Source: Acidimicrobiia bacterium
Lineage (GTDB): Bacteria > Actinomycetota > Acidimicrobiia > Spongiisociales > ZC4RG35
Reading direction: 5' to 3'
Length of the DNA: 64,000 bases
Assembly: GCA_965216495.1 (NCBI GenBank)
Contig: OZ244163.1
Coordinates: 683,361 to 747,360, forward strand
Positions within the stretch are counted from its first letter, which is position 1, and each line of letters opens with the position of its first letter. This document shows, in pieces, positions 1 through 10,067 of this stretch. Under the pieces are notes generated by a model, which worked only from the letters and a program-made list of their open reading frames with translations, had not been told where the DNA came from and did no database searches. The position numbers were made by a program, and so were the translations under genes.

Positions 1-1333
1 ACACCCAGATCGAGGGTGCGTGCATCAACGCTGAGAGGCGTACCGCTGGCCGCATGTAGTCGCTGAACACGAAGAAGGTGGCTCCGTACGGCTTGAGTCC
101 GCCGTGCACCGCCATGCCGTTGACGATGGTCCCCATTGCGTGCTCGCGAATCCCGAAAGGTATGTCGCGTCCAGAGGGGTTGTCTTTGGAGTACAAATCA
201 TCGGCGTCGATCACGGTCTTGGTCGATCCGGCCAAGTCTGCCGAGCCGCCTAGGAAGCCAGCCGATTTCTCGGCAATCTCGGTAAATAGCTTGCCTGATG
301 ATGCCCGAGTGGCCATTGCCTGACCGACGTCGAAGGCGGGGCCGTCCAGCTTGACCTTCGGTGGGTCATAGAGCTGGGACCACAGATTCTGATCGGCACT
401 GGCGAATCGGTCTGTCCATCTCTGGTGTGCTGCCCGCCCCTTGTCCATTGCCTTTCTGAAGAAGTCGTAAACCTCACTCTCCACATGGAATGGCTCGAGC
501 GGATAGCCCATCTGTTCCTTGGTGCGAGCGATTTCTTCGGTCCCGAGGGGAGACCCGTGAGACGCTGCGGTGTCCTGCATGGTTGGTGCGCCGTGGGCGA
601 TGTGAGTGTGGCAGACGATCAGCGACGGTTTGTCTTCGTCGGACACAGCGTCGAAAAGAGCTTCCGCGACGGCGCTCCGATCGTGCCCGTCGACGTCAAG
701 GGTGTGCCAACCCTGCGCCGCAAATCGGGTGGCGACGTTCTCACTGAAGGTGATATCGGTCGAACCATCGATGGAGATGTCGTTGTCGTCGTACAGGTAG
801 ATCAGGCGACCGAGCCCAAAGTGTCCTGCAAGGGAGCCGGACTCGGCACTGATGCCCTCCATGAGATCGCCGTCTGAGACGAATCCGTAGGTCCGATGGT
901 TCACTAGGTCGGACCCGAGGCGGGAGCGGAGGTGGGCCTCCGCCAGAGCCATCCCGACACCTGTGCCGAAGCCTTGGCCCAGGGGGCCAGTGGTCATCTC
1001 GATCCCTAGCTGGCGACTGATCTCAGGGTGGCCGTCGGTGGGATATCCCCATTGCCGGAAGTTCTTGATGTCTTCGAGGCTGATTGGGAAGCCCGAGAGG
1101 TGGAGCAGTGAATACAGGAGCATCGACCCGTGACCGTTGGAGAGAACGAATCTGTCACGGTCGGGCCAGGCCGGATCATCAGGGTCGACCACCAGGAACC
1201 TGGTCCATAGGGTCACCGCTAGGTCGGCCATCCCCATCGGCATTCCGGGGTGGCCGGAGTTGGCTGCCTGGACGGCGTCCATCGAGATGGCTTTGATGGT
1301 GTTGACGGCTAGCTGTTCAAGATCGCGCTGTTG
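1..1333 (-). CDS. tkt: Transketolase, N-terminal ~445 aa (C-terminal part lies beyond window start); not in ORF track because it runs off the edge
   Basis: Reverse-complement translation gives ...LSVSDQQRDLEQLAVNTIKAISMDAVQAANSGHPGMPMGMADLAV...HGSMLLYSLLHLSGF...GPLGQGFGTGVGMALAE...ATFFVFSDYMRPAVRLSALM, continuous with no stops. This is the classic TPP-binding transketolase N-terminus. Start is TTG/GTG around 1327-1333. Confidence 0.85.
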
Positions 1334-1562
1334 ATCGGACACGCTCAAGATCGTAACGCGCGCCACCTGCCGTGGAGCCCGCGCCGAGTGGCGTCCCCGC
1401 ACCGTCGACGCTCCTGCCGTGGCGCCCGCGGCGGGTTTTGACCCTTACCGTCGACCCTCCCTTCCGTCGAGCCTGCACCGTGTTGCTCTCTTTGCGTCCA
1501 GCCTGCACCACGTTGCGGAATCCGCTACCTCGTGCAGGGTCGAGGAAGGAAGATGAATCGCG

Positions 1563-2153
1563 CTACAGCCGGAGATCTTCTACAACGACACCCTCAGTCT
1601 TCAGAAGGGTCACCTTGTTCCGGCGTCCGCCGAGCGAGTAATTGCCGATGTGTCCGTCAGAACGAACCACGCGATGGCACGGCACCACCAGGGGAACTGG
1701 GTTCCTGGCGAGAGCCGTTCCGACGGCTCGAACCGCCTTCGGACGGTCGATCTCCTTGGCAATCCACCCATATGGGCGGACCTCGCCGAGTGGGATCCTC
1801 GCGGTTTCTTGCAGAACGAGACGTTGAAACTCGGTGACGGCGCGATAGTCGATAGGCAGCTTTCCGGGAGTTCCTCGCTCCAGCGCCTCCGGGATGTATT
1901 CGGCCCAATCACGCGGTGCCTCGGCTCGGATCAGTTGCCTGCCAAAACGATCCACAAAGCGTCCCTCGAAGCCGTCGACCACGTCAACCGAGGAGACGCC
2001 GGCCTCGTTGAAGGTCACCACGACGTCCCCGATGGCGGCCTCGTAGACCTGGTATCCGTCGGCAAGTCCGGTTCCGAGGGCAACACCACGGTCAACCTCG
2101 GGCGGGATCGCACCAACTAGCTCTGCGAGTTTGGGTTCAATGTTCATCTTCAC
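1563..2153 (-). CDS. Methylated-DNA-[protein]-cysteine S-methyltransferase (MGMT/Ogt) family protein with atypical ~110-aa N-terminal region
   Basis: C-terminal ...NPVPLVVPCHRVVRSDGHIGNYSLGG contains the PCHR active-site motif of O6-alkylguanine alkyltransferases. The gene overlaps the upstream sigma gene by 17 bp. Confidence 0.75.
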   Translation of the reverse strand: MKMNIEPKLAELVGAIPPEVDRGVALGTGLADGYQVYEAAIGDVVVTFNEAGVSSVDVVDGFEGRFVDRFGRQLIRAEAPRDWAEYIPEALERGTPGKLPIDYRAVTEFQRLVLQETARIPLGEVRPYGWIAKEIDRPKAVRAVGTALARNPVPLVVPCHRVVRSDGHIGNYSLGGRRNKVTLLKTEGVVVEDLRL

Positions 2154-2658
2154 TTTCCATTGCCTTGCGGAGCCGCTCGAGTCCGCGGTGGACGTCAGCT
2201 TTGACAGTGCCTTCGGGTCTTCCCGTGATCTCGGAGATGTCGGCGATGCCCATTCCGGCCAGATGCCGTAGCACCACGGCGTTCCGTTGATGACTGCTCA
2301 ACGCAGAGAACCGTCGGTCCCAGGCCACGTTGTCGATCGGATCGGGGTCTTCGTGTCCGCTGTCTTCGAGAGCCACCGCTCGGGGCCGGCGGTCGCGATC
2401 GCGTAGGTGGTTTCGGCCCAAATTCATGGCGATGGTCCACAGCCACGGAGCGACCCTGAGGTCCAGGATCCGAACTCGCTCATATCCCTGAAGTGCCCGA
2501 TAGGCACGGATGAACGTCTCCTGCGTCAGGTCCTCTGCTTCCTGGTGGTCCCCACACATCCGTCTCAACCCCCAAAACAACTGTCGACCGTGGGAGGCCA
2601 CGACATCAGGAAAGGCCGCATCGAGGTCGGCGGCTAGAAGCCGGTTCAACTCATCCAT
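2137..2658 (-). CDS. ECF-type RNA polymerase sigma factor (sigma-70 family)
   Basis: Region 2 (DLTQETFIRAYRAL) and region 4 (ISEITGRPEGTVKADVHRGLERLR) signatures are present. Length is 173 aa. Confidence 0.8.
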   Translation of the reverse strand: MDELNRLLAADLDAAFPDVVASHGRQLFWGLRRMCGDHQEAEDLTQETFIRAYRALQGYERVRILDLRVAPWLWTIAMNLGRNHLRDRDRRPRAVALEDSGHEDPDPIDNVAWDRRFSALSSHQRNAVVLRHLAGMGIADISEITGRPEGTVKADVHRGLERLRKAMESEDEH

Positions 2659-2722
2659 CTATCATCATGAACACCGTCGGTGTCCATCCGGTTGCATCGT
2701 CGGCACCGTACTAATAGTGGTT

Positions 2723-3403
2723 ATGGAAACGCAGAAATACGACGACACGTTGGCGCGGGCTCAGGCCGCTGTCGAAGCAGGCAACGGGCTGGCCGGCACC
2801 GGGTTTTGGAAGATGGTCGGGGAGGTAAAACGATCCCCGGACCTTGTAGAAAAGTATGCCGACCAAATTGCGGCCGTCGATCAGAAGGCTCACGCCAACT
2901 GGGCCCTGCTCAGGATTCCGCTATCGGTCGGAACCTTCCTAGCTGCGCTGGCAACGGTCGTCGGCGGCTACCTGGTGTCAGGCGCATCGGGCCAGACTGG
3001 GAACCTTGCCGGACTGGTGTTGTTGGTCGGCATGGGAGTGATATTGGTTGCCACCCACGGGCTGGCCCACCTGGTGACAGGTTGGATGTTTGGGATGAAG
3101 TTCACGTCCTGGTTCGTCGGAACCATCAAACGTCCTCAGCCAGGGGTCAAGGTCGACTATTCGACTTACCTCAGAACACCAGCGAGCCTTCGGGCTTGGA
3201 TGCACGCCTCGGGTGCCATCGTCTCGAAGATCGTGCCGTTCGCCGTCCTGCCCTTTGCCTTGGCCGATGGAACGGCTGACTGGGTCCCCCTCGTCCTCAT
3301 CGTTCTCGGAGTCGGGCAGATTCTCACTGACATTCTGTGGTCGGTTAAAGCGTCGGACTGGAAGAAGTTCCGACGCGAGATGCAGTTCCGTCAGGAATCC
3401 TGA
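2723..3403 (+). CDS. Hypothetical polytopic membrane protein
   Basis: ATG at 2723 (METQKYDD...) sits inside the longer tracked ORF. Several hydrophobic helices follow. The gene is divergent from the ECF sigma gene. Confidence 0.5.
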   Translation: METQKYDDTLARAQAAVEAGNGLAGTGFWKMVGEVKRSPDLVEKYADQIAAVDQKAHANWALLRIPLSVGTFLAALATVVGGYLVSGASGQTGNLAGLVLLVGMGVILVATHGLAHLVTGWMFGMKFTSWFVGTIKRPQPGVKVDYSTYLRTPASLRAWMHASGAIVSKIVPFAVLPFALADGTADWVPLVLIVLGVGQILTDILWSVKASDWKKFRREMQFRQES

Positions 3404-5049
3404 TACCCCTTGGGTATCGACCCGTCTACCTGATGTAGCTGTTCGTGCTCGACGATGAGGTCGTCGAAATCGGGCGGATGCTCGACGTCGATGGCGACTA
3501 GGTGCCGTGTCCGCGGCCCGTCGGCCCGGTCGAATTCGCGTGCTTTTCGAATCAGTTCTGCTGCCTGGTCGTCGATCCTTCGGTGTTGAGCCAGGTGCTC
3601 CTCCCAACTAGACACCGCCATCAACTCTGTGATGCGTGTCGGGTCCGCGGTACTGCGGAACAACCGCCATCTGTAGGCACCGGTGGTCAGTCGGACGAGA
3701 CGTATCTGATTCATCAAGGCTGTGAACTCGGCGAAGTCTGCTTCGTCGATCTTCCAAGTGGAGAGCACGATCACCGGCCCACCTTCGAACGACAGGTCGT
3801 CTTCGTGAGGCGTCTGTGACTCGCCAATGCTGAACTCTGGAGTCTCGACGTCGTCCACGTGAGGGATACCAAATCGCGGCGCGATCAGCCCAAGCCCAAC
3901 CGCTCCCACTGAGAACAGGACCAACGACCCGCGAGTTGTCAGTCGGTCGGCGACGAATCCCGAAGCTATTGACCCAAGGGGAAGAATCCCCACGAAAGCC
4001 AACGTGTAGATCGACATGGCACGACCCCGGATCCAGTTTGGTGAGAGAAGCTGAGCCGTAGCGTTGAGCGTGGCAAGTGTCAGGAGCCAAAAAAGCCCCG
4101 CGAGGAACATGGCCGCAAAACCCACGACGAGGTTTGGGGCTAGCCCCAAGAGGATGCCCGCTCCGCCAAATGAGGCAATCGAATAGGGCACCCACGATCC
4201 CTCGATCCACTTGCCGAGCCGAGGTCGAACAACAACTCCTGCCAAGGCTCCGGCTCCCATGGCGCCGTAGAGAATTCCGAATGCACCGGCTCCGCCGCCA
4301 AGGGTGTCAGTGTGTACCGGTAGAACTGCCTGGACGACAGCCGAGCAAAAGGCGAACAGCCCCACCAGTGTGATCAACTTGCGGAACGTAGGTGTGTAGC
4401 GGGCAAATCGGATCGCCGCCGAGATGGCACCAGCCATGTTGATGGGTACCTCACGGTCGGGCTGCCTCAGGTGGGGCCCGATCACCAGTAGCGCCACGAT
4501 GATGGCCAAATACGAAAGTGTGTTGGCGGCGAAGCCCGCTTCGGCACCGTACGCCACGACCAGGGCACCGCCGATTGCGGGACCGACTGCTCGGGCCGCG
4601 TTGAAGGCCGCCGAGTTCAGTGCTACGGCCGACGCGACCAACCCTCTTGGTACTAGGTCAGGAACCAGTGCTTGCCAGGCAGGCAGACTGAGGGCAAGGC
4701 CGGTCCCGAGGATCAGACCCAGTGTCAGCAACAGCTCGGGGGTCATCGCCCCTCGATAGGTGATGATGGCCATGGCTCCGGCCGCTCCGCCCATGATGCC
4801 CTGTGCAATCAGCATGATCTTGGCTCGGTCGAACATGTCGGCGAGGGCTCCCGCCGCCAGTGAGAGGAACAGCAGGGGCAGGGTGGCCGACGCCACGATG
4901 AGGCCGACCCAGGTGTTGGAGCCGGTGAGCTCGAACATCAGCCACGAACCGGCCACCGCCTGAATGAATGTCCCGGATGCCGACAGCACATTGCCCATCC
5001 ACAGCCAGCGGAAGTTCGGGTAGCGAAGTGGCTCCACGGCTGATGACAT
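3391..5049 (-). CDS. MFS transporter (EntS/MFS_3-like) with C-terminal cytoplasmic ABM (antibiotic-biosynthesis-monooxygenase-like) domain
   Basis: 12-TM MFS body (RYPNFRWLWMGNVLSASGTF...). The ~150-aa tail (PVIVLSTWKIDEADFAEFTALMNQIRLVRL...VSSWEEHLAQHRRIDD) has the ABM/Dabb alpha+beta barrel pattern. Confidence 0.75.
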   Translation of the reverse strand: MSSAVEPLRYPNFRWLWMGNVLSASGTFIQAVAGSWLMFELTGSNTWVGLIVASATLPLLFLSLAAGALADMFDRAKIMLIAQGIMGGAAGAMAIITYRGAMTPELLLTLGLILGTGLALSLPAWQALVPDLVPRGLVASAVALNSAAFNAARAVGPAIGGALVVAYGAEAGFAANTLSYLAIIVALLVIGPHLRQPDREVPINMAGAISAAIRFARYTPTFRKLITLVGLFAFCSAVVQAVLPVHTDTLGGGAGAFGILYGAMGAGALAGVVVRPRLGKWIEGSWVPYSIASFGGAGILLGLAPNLVVGFAAMFLAGLFWLLTLATLNATAQLLSPNWIRGRAMSIYTLAFVGILPLGSIASGFVADRLTTRGSLVLFSVGAVGLGLIAPRFGIPHVDDVETPEFSIGESQTPHEDDLSFEGGPVIVLSTWKIDEADFAEFTALMNQIRLVRLTTGAYRWRLFRSTADPTRITELMAVSSWEEHLAQHRRIDDQAAELIRKAREFDRADGPRTRHLVAIDVEHPPDFDDLIVEHEQLHQVDGSIPKGYQDS

Positions 5050-5075
5050 ATGCTCAAGCGTAGGCGTGGCCTATC

Positions 5076-5729
5076 TTGAGTCACGTGGTCAAAGACCTCG
5101 CTTACTTCGTTCAGCCGGAATCGCCAGGACCCGGTGTCCTTTTCCTGCACTCTCTTTGGGGTTTGACCTCGTCTGTCCGCAAGAAATGTGACCGGCTGGC
5201 TGATCTCGGCTACACGACGCTGGCACCCGACCTGAATCAGGGCGAACTTCCCGAGTCCGAGGCCGATGCCCTCGCAAGGCTCGGTGAGGCGTCGCCCGAC
5301 CGACTGGCATCGCTGGTGCTGTCGTCGGCCCACCTGTTGTCCGAGAAGGCGGCGAGTGATGAGATTTCCGTCGTGGGTTTCGGTATGGGCGGCTCCCTCG
5401 GGCTGTGGGCCTCGGTTCGGCTGTCCGACGTGATCAGCTCAACGGTCTCGTTCTACGGAACCCAGCAAATCGATTTCGCTGGAGCCAGATCGTCGTACCT
5501 TTTGCATCTGGCAGAGAAAGACGAATTCATCACTGATGACGAGGCTGCGTTCATGGAAGCAACGATGGGTCTGGAGGCACTCCAGGTCGAAGTTGTTCGT
5601 TATCCAGGCACCAGTCATGGGTTCTGTGACCCCGAGGGAGCGGACTTCGACGCCGCGATGTGCGAAGAAGCCTGGGAGCGGACGATCAGCTTCCTAGCTC
5701 GGGGATCCGGCCGCGGCTCAGCCTCGTAG
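5076..5729 (+). CDS. Dienelactone hydrolase family (alpha/beta hydrolase)
   Basis: VLFLHSLWGLT...VVGFGMGGSLGLW...SHGF motifs. TTG start at 5076; an alternative GTG lies at 5085. Confidence 0.65.
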   Translation: MSHVVKDLAYFVQPESPGPGVLFLHSLWGLTSSVRKKCDRLADLGYTTLAPDLNQGELPESEADALARLGEASPDRLASLVLSSAHLLSEKAASDEISVVGFGMGGSLGLWASVRLSDVISSTVSFYGTQQIDFAGARSSYLLHLAEKDEFITDDEAAFMEATMGLEALQVEVVRYPGTSHGFCDPEGADFDAAMCEEAWERTISFLARGSGRGSAS

Positions 5730-6181
5730 GAGTTCGACCTCGTCGCCTGTTCTGAGATGTCCTTCTTCGGTCACTCGCGCGTAGACCCGTGACTCGCCGG
5801 GGTGCTTGTCGTTGTGGATCCGCGTGAACCGACCGTCCGCGAACCAACCCGTCTGTTGGTTGCAAGGGGTTGCGTAGCCCGTGACTTCCAGGCGCACCTC
5901 CCCGAGACGTAGCTGAACCCCAGGGACGACTTCACTCCAATCGAGCCCGCTGACCGTGACGTTCTCGCCGGCGGCCCCGGGAAAGATCGGATGACCCTCC
6001 GCTTGGAGCGCCTCGATCACCTCCAGTGAATAGAGGCATACAGCGCGGTCCGGTCCTCCGTGAAACTCGGGGTGTGCTTGGCGATCCTCCGACAATCCCA
6101 ACGAATTGACATGGGCCGCATCGACCGGAAGCTTGGGCACTCCGCCGTTTGACACGCTGATCTGATAGACCTTGGCCATTC
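5718..6181 (-). CDS. MOSC domain-containing protein (YiiM-like)
   Basis: MAKVYQISVSNGGVPKLPVD...GAAGENVTVSGLDW...GYATPCNQQ is typical MOSC. The internal ATG at 6181 is preferred over the tracked start at 6284. Confidence 0.65.
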
Positions 6182-6214
6182 CATCAGCGTATCTCTCTGT
6201 GTACCCTCGGGCGG

Positions 6215-7780
6215 GTGAATTTGGACCGCCCTGCACACCTAGACGAAACCATTGCTCGGGCGAGTCGCCGGGTCTCCGTTCCATCAGACCGTGAAGCTTT
6301 GGAGGTCACGGCACCCTTCACTGGTGAGGCAATTGGATCGGTGCCGCGAGGCACACCCGACGATGCTGCCGCTGCCGTTGGCAGGGCACGAGCAGCCCAA
6401 CGGGAGTGGGCGAGGTGGCCGGTGCGACGGCGAGCGGCTGTTCTCTCGGCGTTTCACGATCTGTTCTTGGAAGAGGCCGACCAGATCATGGATCTTGCAC
6501 AGCTGGAGGCCGGGAAGGCTCGGGTCCCAGCGCTGGAGGAGGTCTTCGACACCGTGGCCACCACCAGGTATTACGTCAACACTGGGCCAAGGCTACTGCG
6601 TAGGAAGCGACGTTCTGTCTCGCTTCCTGGGTTTACGACGGCATATGAGTATCGGCATCCCCACGGTGTGGTGGTCAACATCTGCCCGTGGAACTTCCCT
6701 GTGACGTTGGCGATCGCCGACATCATCGCGGCTCTGCTGGCCGGCAATGCAGTTGTGATCAAGCCCGATGAGAAGACACCGTTCTCTGCGTTGCTTGGGG
6801 CTGACCTGCTCTACCAAGCCGGAATCCCCAACGATTTGGTGCAGGTTGTGACCGGTGTAGGTGAAGAGATCGGTCCTGCCTTGATCGGACATGCCGATTT
6901 CGTGATGTTCACAGGTTCGACAGCGGTCGGCCGCAGCGTGGCCGAGCAAGCAGGTAGCCGATTGATCGGTTCGTCCATGGAGTTGGGCGGCAAGAACGCT
7001 GCGCTGGTCCTGGCGGATGCTGACTTCAAGGTGGCGATTCCGGGTTTATCCCGCGCCGTTTTCGCCAACGGCGGTCAGCTCTGTATCGCCATGGAGCGAA
7101 TCTATGTGGACAACCGCATCAGGGATGAATTCACGGAGCGATTCGTTGACCATGTACGGGGCCTGGAGCTGAGTGCCGGCTTCGATTTCTCCTCATCCTT
7201 GAGTTCGATGGTCTCTCAAGAACAGCTGAGCAACGTGACCGTCCACGTTGAGGACGCCGTCGACCGGGGCGCCACCCTCCTGACGGGAGGCAAGGCCCGT
7301 CCGGATGTGGGACCACTGTTCTTTGAGCCGACAGTGCTCACCGACGTGGACGAGTCGATGGCCCTATGCCGTACAGAGACGTTCGGTCCGGTGGTGTCGA
7401 TCTACGGATTTGACGAGGTCGAGGATGCGGTGGTGGCAGCGAACAACTCAGAATTCGGCCTGAACTTCAGCGTTTGGACGCGAGACACAAAGCTCGGAGT
7501 CGATGTTGCTTCTCGGCTTGAGGCCGGGACGGTGGGGGTCAACGATGGCTATTCGGCTGCCTGGTCGACCTATGACGCTCCCATGGGTGGATTCAAAGCA
7601 AGCGGTGTTGGTAGACGTCACGGCGCGGAGGGGCTGCTCAAGTACACCGAGTCTCAGACCGTTGCCGTGCAGCGTCTTGTCCCGGCCTTCGCGCCGCCTG
7701 GCAACATGAGTTACGAGACCTACCGTCGGTTGCTCGGCCCGTTGCTGAAACTCTTGAAGCGGCTCCCTTTCTACAAGTAG
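6215..7780 (+). CDS. NAD(P)-dependent aldehyde dehydrogenase
   Basis: ELGGKNA glutamate motif and GQLCIAMERIYV catalytic Cys are present, along with the FTGSTAVG Rossmann motif. Length is 521 aa with a GTG start. Confidence 0.85.
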   Translation: MNLDRPAHLDETIARASRRVSVPSDREALEVTAPFTGEAIGSVPRGTPDDAAAAVGRARAAQREWARWPVRRRAAVLSAFHDLFLEEADQIMDLAQLEAGKARVPALEEVFDTVATTRYYVNTGPRLLRRKRRSVSLPGFTTAYEYRHPHGVVVNICPWNFPVTLAIADIIAALLAGNAVVIKPDEKTPFSALLGADLLYQAGIPNDLVQVVTGVGEEIGPALIGHADFVMFTGSTAVGRSVAEQAGSRLIGSSMELGGKNAALVLADADFKVAIPGLSRAVFANGGQLCIAMERIYVDNRIRDEFTERFVDHVRGLELSAGFDFSSSLSSMVSQEQLSNVTVHVEDAVDRGATLLTGGKARPDVGPLFFEPTVLTDVDESMALCRTETFGPVVSIYGFDEVEDAVVAANNSEFGLNFSVWTRDTKLGVDVASRLEAGTVGVNDGYSAAWSTYDAPMGGFKASGVGRRHGAEGLLKYTESQTVAVQRLVPAFAPPGNMSYETYRRLLGPLLKLLKRLPFYK

Positions 7781-7803
7781 GCCTTCGCGCGGGACCTCGG
7801 AGG

Positions 7804-8280
7804 CTAGGAGCTCATCTGGTCGAGGTCGTCCTCGAGCACTTTCCGGTCGTCAGAGTCCTCGATCTGGCCGGCTAGCTGACGTGCCAACTCGAGATGTGTC
7901 GTGAAGGTCGAAAGGTCGTCGACTTCTGCTGCAGCGCGTGCGATGGCCTCATGCGCAAAACCCTCCACAAACGGGCCCAGTTCGCTCTCCTGGGCAATCG
8001 TCAAGGATCGTTGGGCGAACCGTCGAGCCAGGTCGGCATAACCCAACACTGTTGCAACCCTTGACACCTGCCAGTCGGCGATCGCACGGTTCTTGGGGGT
8101 TCCCACTTGGTACCAGTGTGAGCGCTGGGCGAAAGTCGAAGCCAGCATCTCCTCTTCCTCCTCGGCGTTGAGACCATCGCGATCAAGCAGATCCCAGGTG
8201 TGGTTGAAGGCGAGCGGGGCGAGAGTGCGATGCCACGAGGCAATCTGATCTTCGGTTGGGTTGGCGATGGGTTCGGTCAC
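7804..8280 (-). CDS. Hypothetical protein
   Basis: 158-aa ORF with good GC3 bias and no recognisable motif. Confidence 0.45.
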   Translation of the reverse strand: MTEPIANPTEDQIASWHRTLAPLAFNHTWDLLDRDGLNAEEEEEMLASTFAQRSHWYQVGTPKNRAIADWQVSRVATVLGYADLARRFAQRSLTIAQESELGPFVEGFAHEAIARAAAEVDDLSTFTTHLELARQLAGQIEDSDDRKVLEDDLDQMSS

Positions 8281-8329
8281 GATGCGTCCCTAGTCTTGGC
8301 GGCCATGCATTGCCTGAGAATAAGACACG

Positions 8330-9331
8330 ATGGCTGAACACGCCATGGTCGACGTAGGCGGTGATGTGGTGAGGATCTCGTCACCCGACCGCGTCGTCTT
8401 CCCGGAGCAGGGCTGGACAAAGCTGGACGTGGTGGAGCATTTTGCACTCGTAGCCGAGGGTGCCGCCAGGGGGGTGTCCCGACGTCCGACGATGCTCAAG
8501 CGATACATGAAGGACGTCACGGTCGACCCGATCTATCACAAGAGGGCCTCGAAGAACACACCGTTCGAGACTGTTCAGATCAGATTCCCTTCTCAGCGTC
8601 CAGGAAGAATGAATGTGCCCATCACCGAGGCTGATGTCGTCCGGCTAGCCCAATTGGGTTGCCTCGACTTCCACCCTTGGCCGGTTCGTTACGAAGACAT
8701 CCACCATCCAGACGAACTTCGCTTCGACTTCGATCCGACTCCGGGTTTTGGGTTCGACAGGGTGAAGGAAGCGGTGGCGGGAGCCAAAGAACTTCTTGAT
8801 GAGGTTGACCTGGTGGGCTGGCCAAAGACCTCAGGTAGCAGGGGAATTCACGTCTACGTGCGCATCGAACCGATATGGGACTTCTTCCAGACGAGACGTG
8901 CGGTTCTTGCGTTCGCCCGCGAGTTGGAGCGTCGCATGGATGGGCTGGTGACCACCAAATGGTGGAAGGAAGAGCGTCGAGGGATCTTTGTAGATTACAA
9001 CCAGAACGCTCGCGACAAGACTGTGTCGTCGGCCTACGGAGTTCGGCCGACGGGGTTCGTATCCGCTCCATTCGCCTGGAATGAGTTGGCCGATATCGAA
9101 ATCGAGGACTTCCCATTGGGGGAATTTTCCGAGCGATGGAAAGACGTCGGCGATCTCACGGAAGGCATCGACGAAGCCGAGGGACGGATTGACACGTTGT
9201 TGGAGTGGGTGATTCGGGACGACGAGAACGGTGTGGGCGACGCTCCATGGCCACCGCACTATCCGAAGATGCCGGGTGAGCCTCCTCGTGTCCAGCCGTC
9301 AAAGCAGAGACGAGCCGACGACGAGTACTGA
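8330..9331 (+). CDS. Stand-alone primase-polymerase (LigD polymerase-domain-like, Prim-PolC-type)
   Basis: LRFDFDPTP (DxD metal site) and KTSGSRGIHVYVRI (K-x-SG-x-x-G-x-H signature of archaeo-eukaryotic primase-type LigD Pol domains) are both present. Confidence 0.8.
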   Translation: MAEHAMVDVGGDVVRISSPDRVVFPEQGWTKLDVVEHFALVAEGAARGVSRRPTMLKRYMKDVTVDPIYHKRASKNTPFETVQIRFPSQRPGRMNVPITEADVVRLAQLGCLDFHPWPVRYEDIHHPDELRFDFDPTPGFGFDRVKEAVAGAKELLDEVDLVGWPKTSGSRGIHVYVRIEPIWDFFQTRRAVLAFARELERRMDGLVTTKWWKEERRGIFVDYNQNARDKTVSSAYGVRPTGFVSAPFAWNELADIEIEDFPLGEFSERWKDVGDLTEGIDEAEGRIDTLLEWVIRDDENGVGDAPWPPHYPKMPGEPPRVQPSKQRRADDEY

Positions 9332-9336
9332 TCCGG

Positions 9337-10065
9337 CTATAGGGCGTCGCGTCGACGCAACGCCCAGGTGAGAACGGACAGGCCGACTATCAGGACAACC
9401 ACCAGCTTCGCGATTCCTCCACCGGCTCCCGGCGCGATGGGTCCCAACACGTCACCAGCGTTGCGCGGATCCCAGGCCGCAGCAATGTCAGCGAAGATCG
9501 AAAGTGCGATCCTGAAGATCGATAAGTTGGCAAGTCCGGTGACCACCGCTGCGAGGATCGACTCAACTACCACCACATATCCAAGACCGACGAGTATCGA
9601 ACGAGGCACCAGGTAACCCAGGGGGACAAACACAGCGCCGTATCCCACGGCGGCAGCCCCAAAGTGAGCGAGGCCGGGAACGGCCATCGCTATGTCCCCG
9701 CCGATGGCTAGGAGAGCCACAGCCGAAGCGATCCATGCGCCAAGAGCCAGAGTCAAAGCGGCTGCGACTCCTGCCCCGGTGGCTGCCAAGGACATGCCGA
9801 ACCTGCTGATGGGCCTCATGTAGAGGTAGGGAAGAGTTCCGGCGTCACGCTCTTCCCGCAGTACGGCAACCGTGAGAATCAGCACGGCGATGGCAAAGGA
9901 ATATCCGACTGTGGCCAGCACGTCCGAGTAAAGGGTTGCAGGGTCGTTGTCGCCGTCGAGGCCAACCAGCCATAGCGTCAAGGCAGGTGCCGAAGACAGC
10001 GCCAAGAGACCGATGACGCGTCCGCGACGCATCACTCGCCTGAAAAGGTGGCGGGCCATGATCAC
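9337..10065 (-). CDS. ABC-2 type transporter permease
   Basis: Six hydrophobic segments. Its start abuts the stop of the upstream ATPase gene. Confidence 0.6.
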   Translation of the reverse strand: MIMARHLFRRVMRRGRVIGLLALSSAPALTLWLVGLDGDNDPATLYSDVLATVGYSFAIAVLILTVAVLREERDAGTLPYLYMRPISRFGMSLAATGAGVAAALTLALGAWIASAVALLAIGGDIAMAVPGLAHFGAAAVGYGAVFVPLGYLVPRSILVGLGYVVVVESILAAVVTGLANLSIFRIALSIFADIAAAWDPRNAGDVLGPIAPGAGGGIAKLVVVLIVGLSVLTWALRRRDAL

Positions 10066-10067
10066 GG

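Noticed and set aside
78-877. Plus-strand ORFs (81-150 aa) at the window start
   Set aside because: They are antisense to the continuous, clearly homologous transketolase reading frame on the minus strand. This is a typical high-GC antisense ORF artefact.
7804-8280. Candidate Ku gene near PrimPol/ligase
   Set aside because: The sequence has no Ku core motifs and its 158-aa length is incompatible. No Ku-like ORF anywhere in the window.
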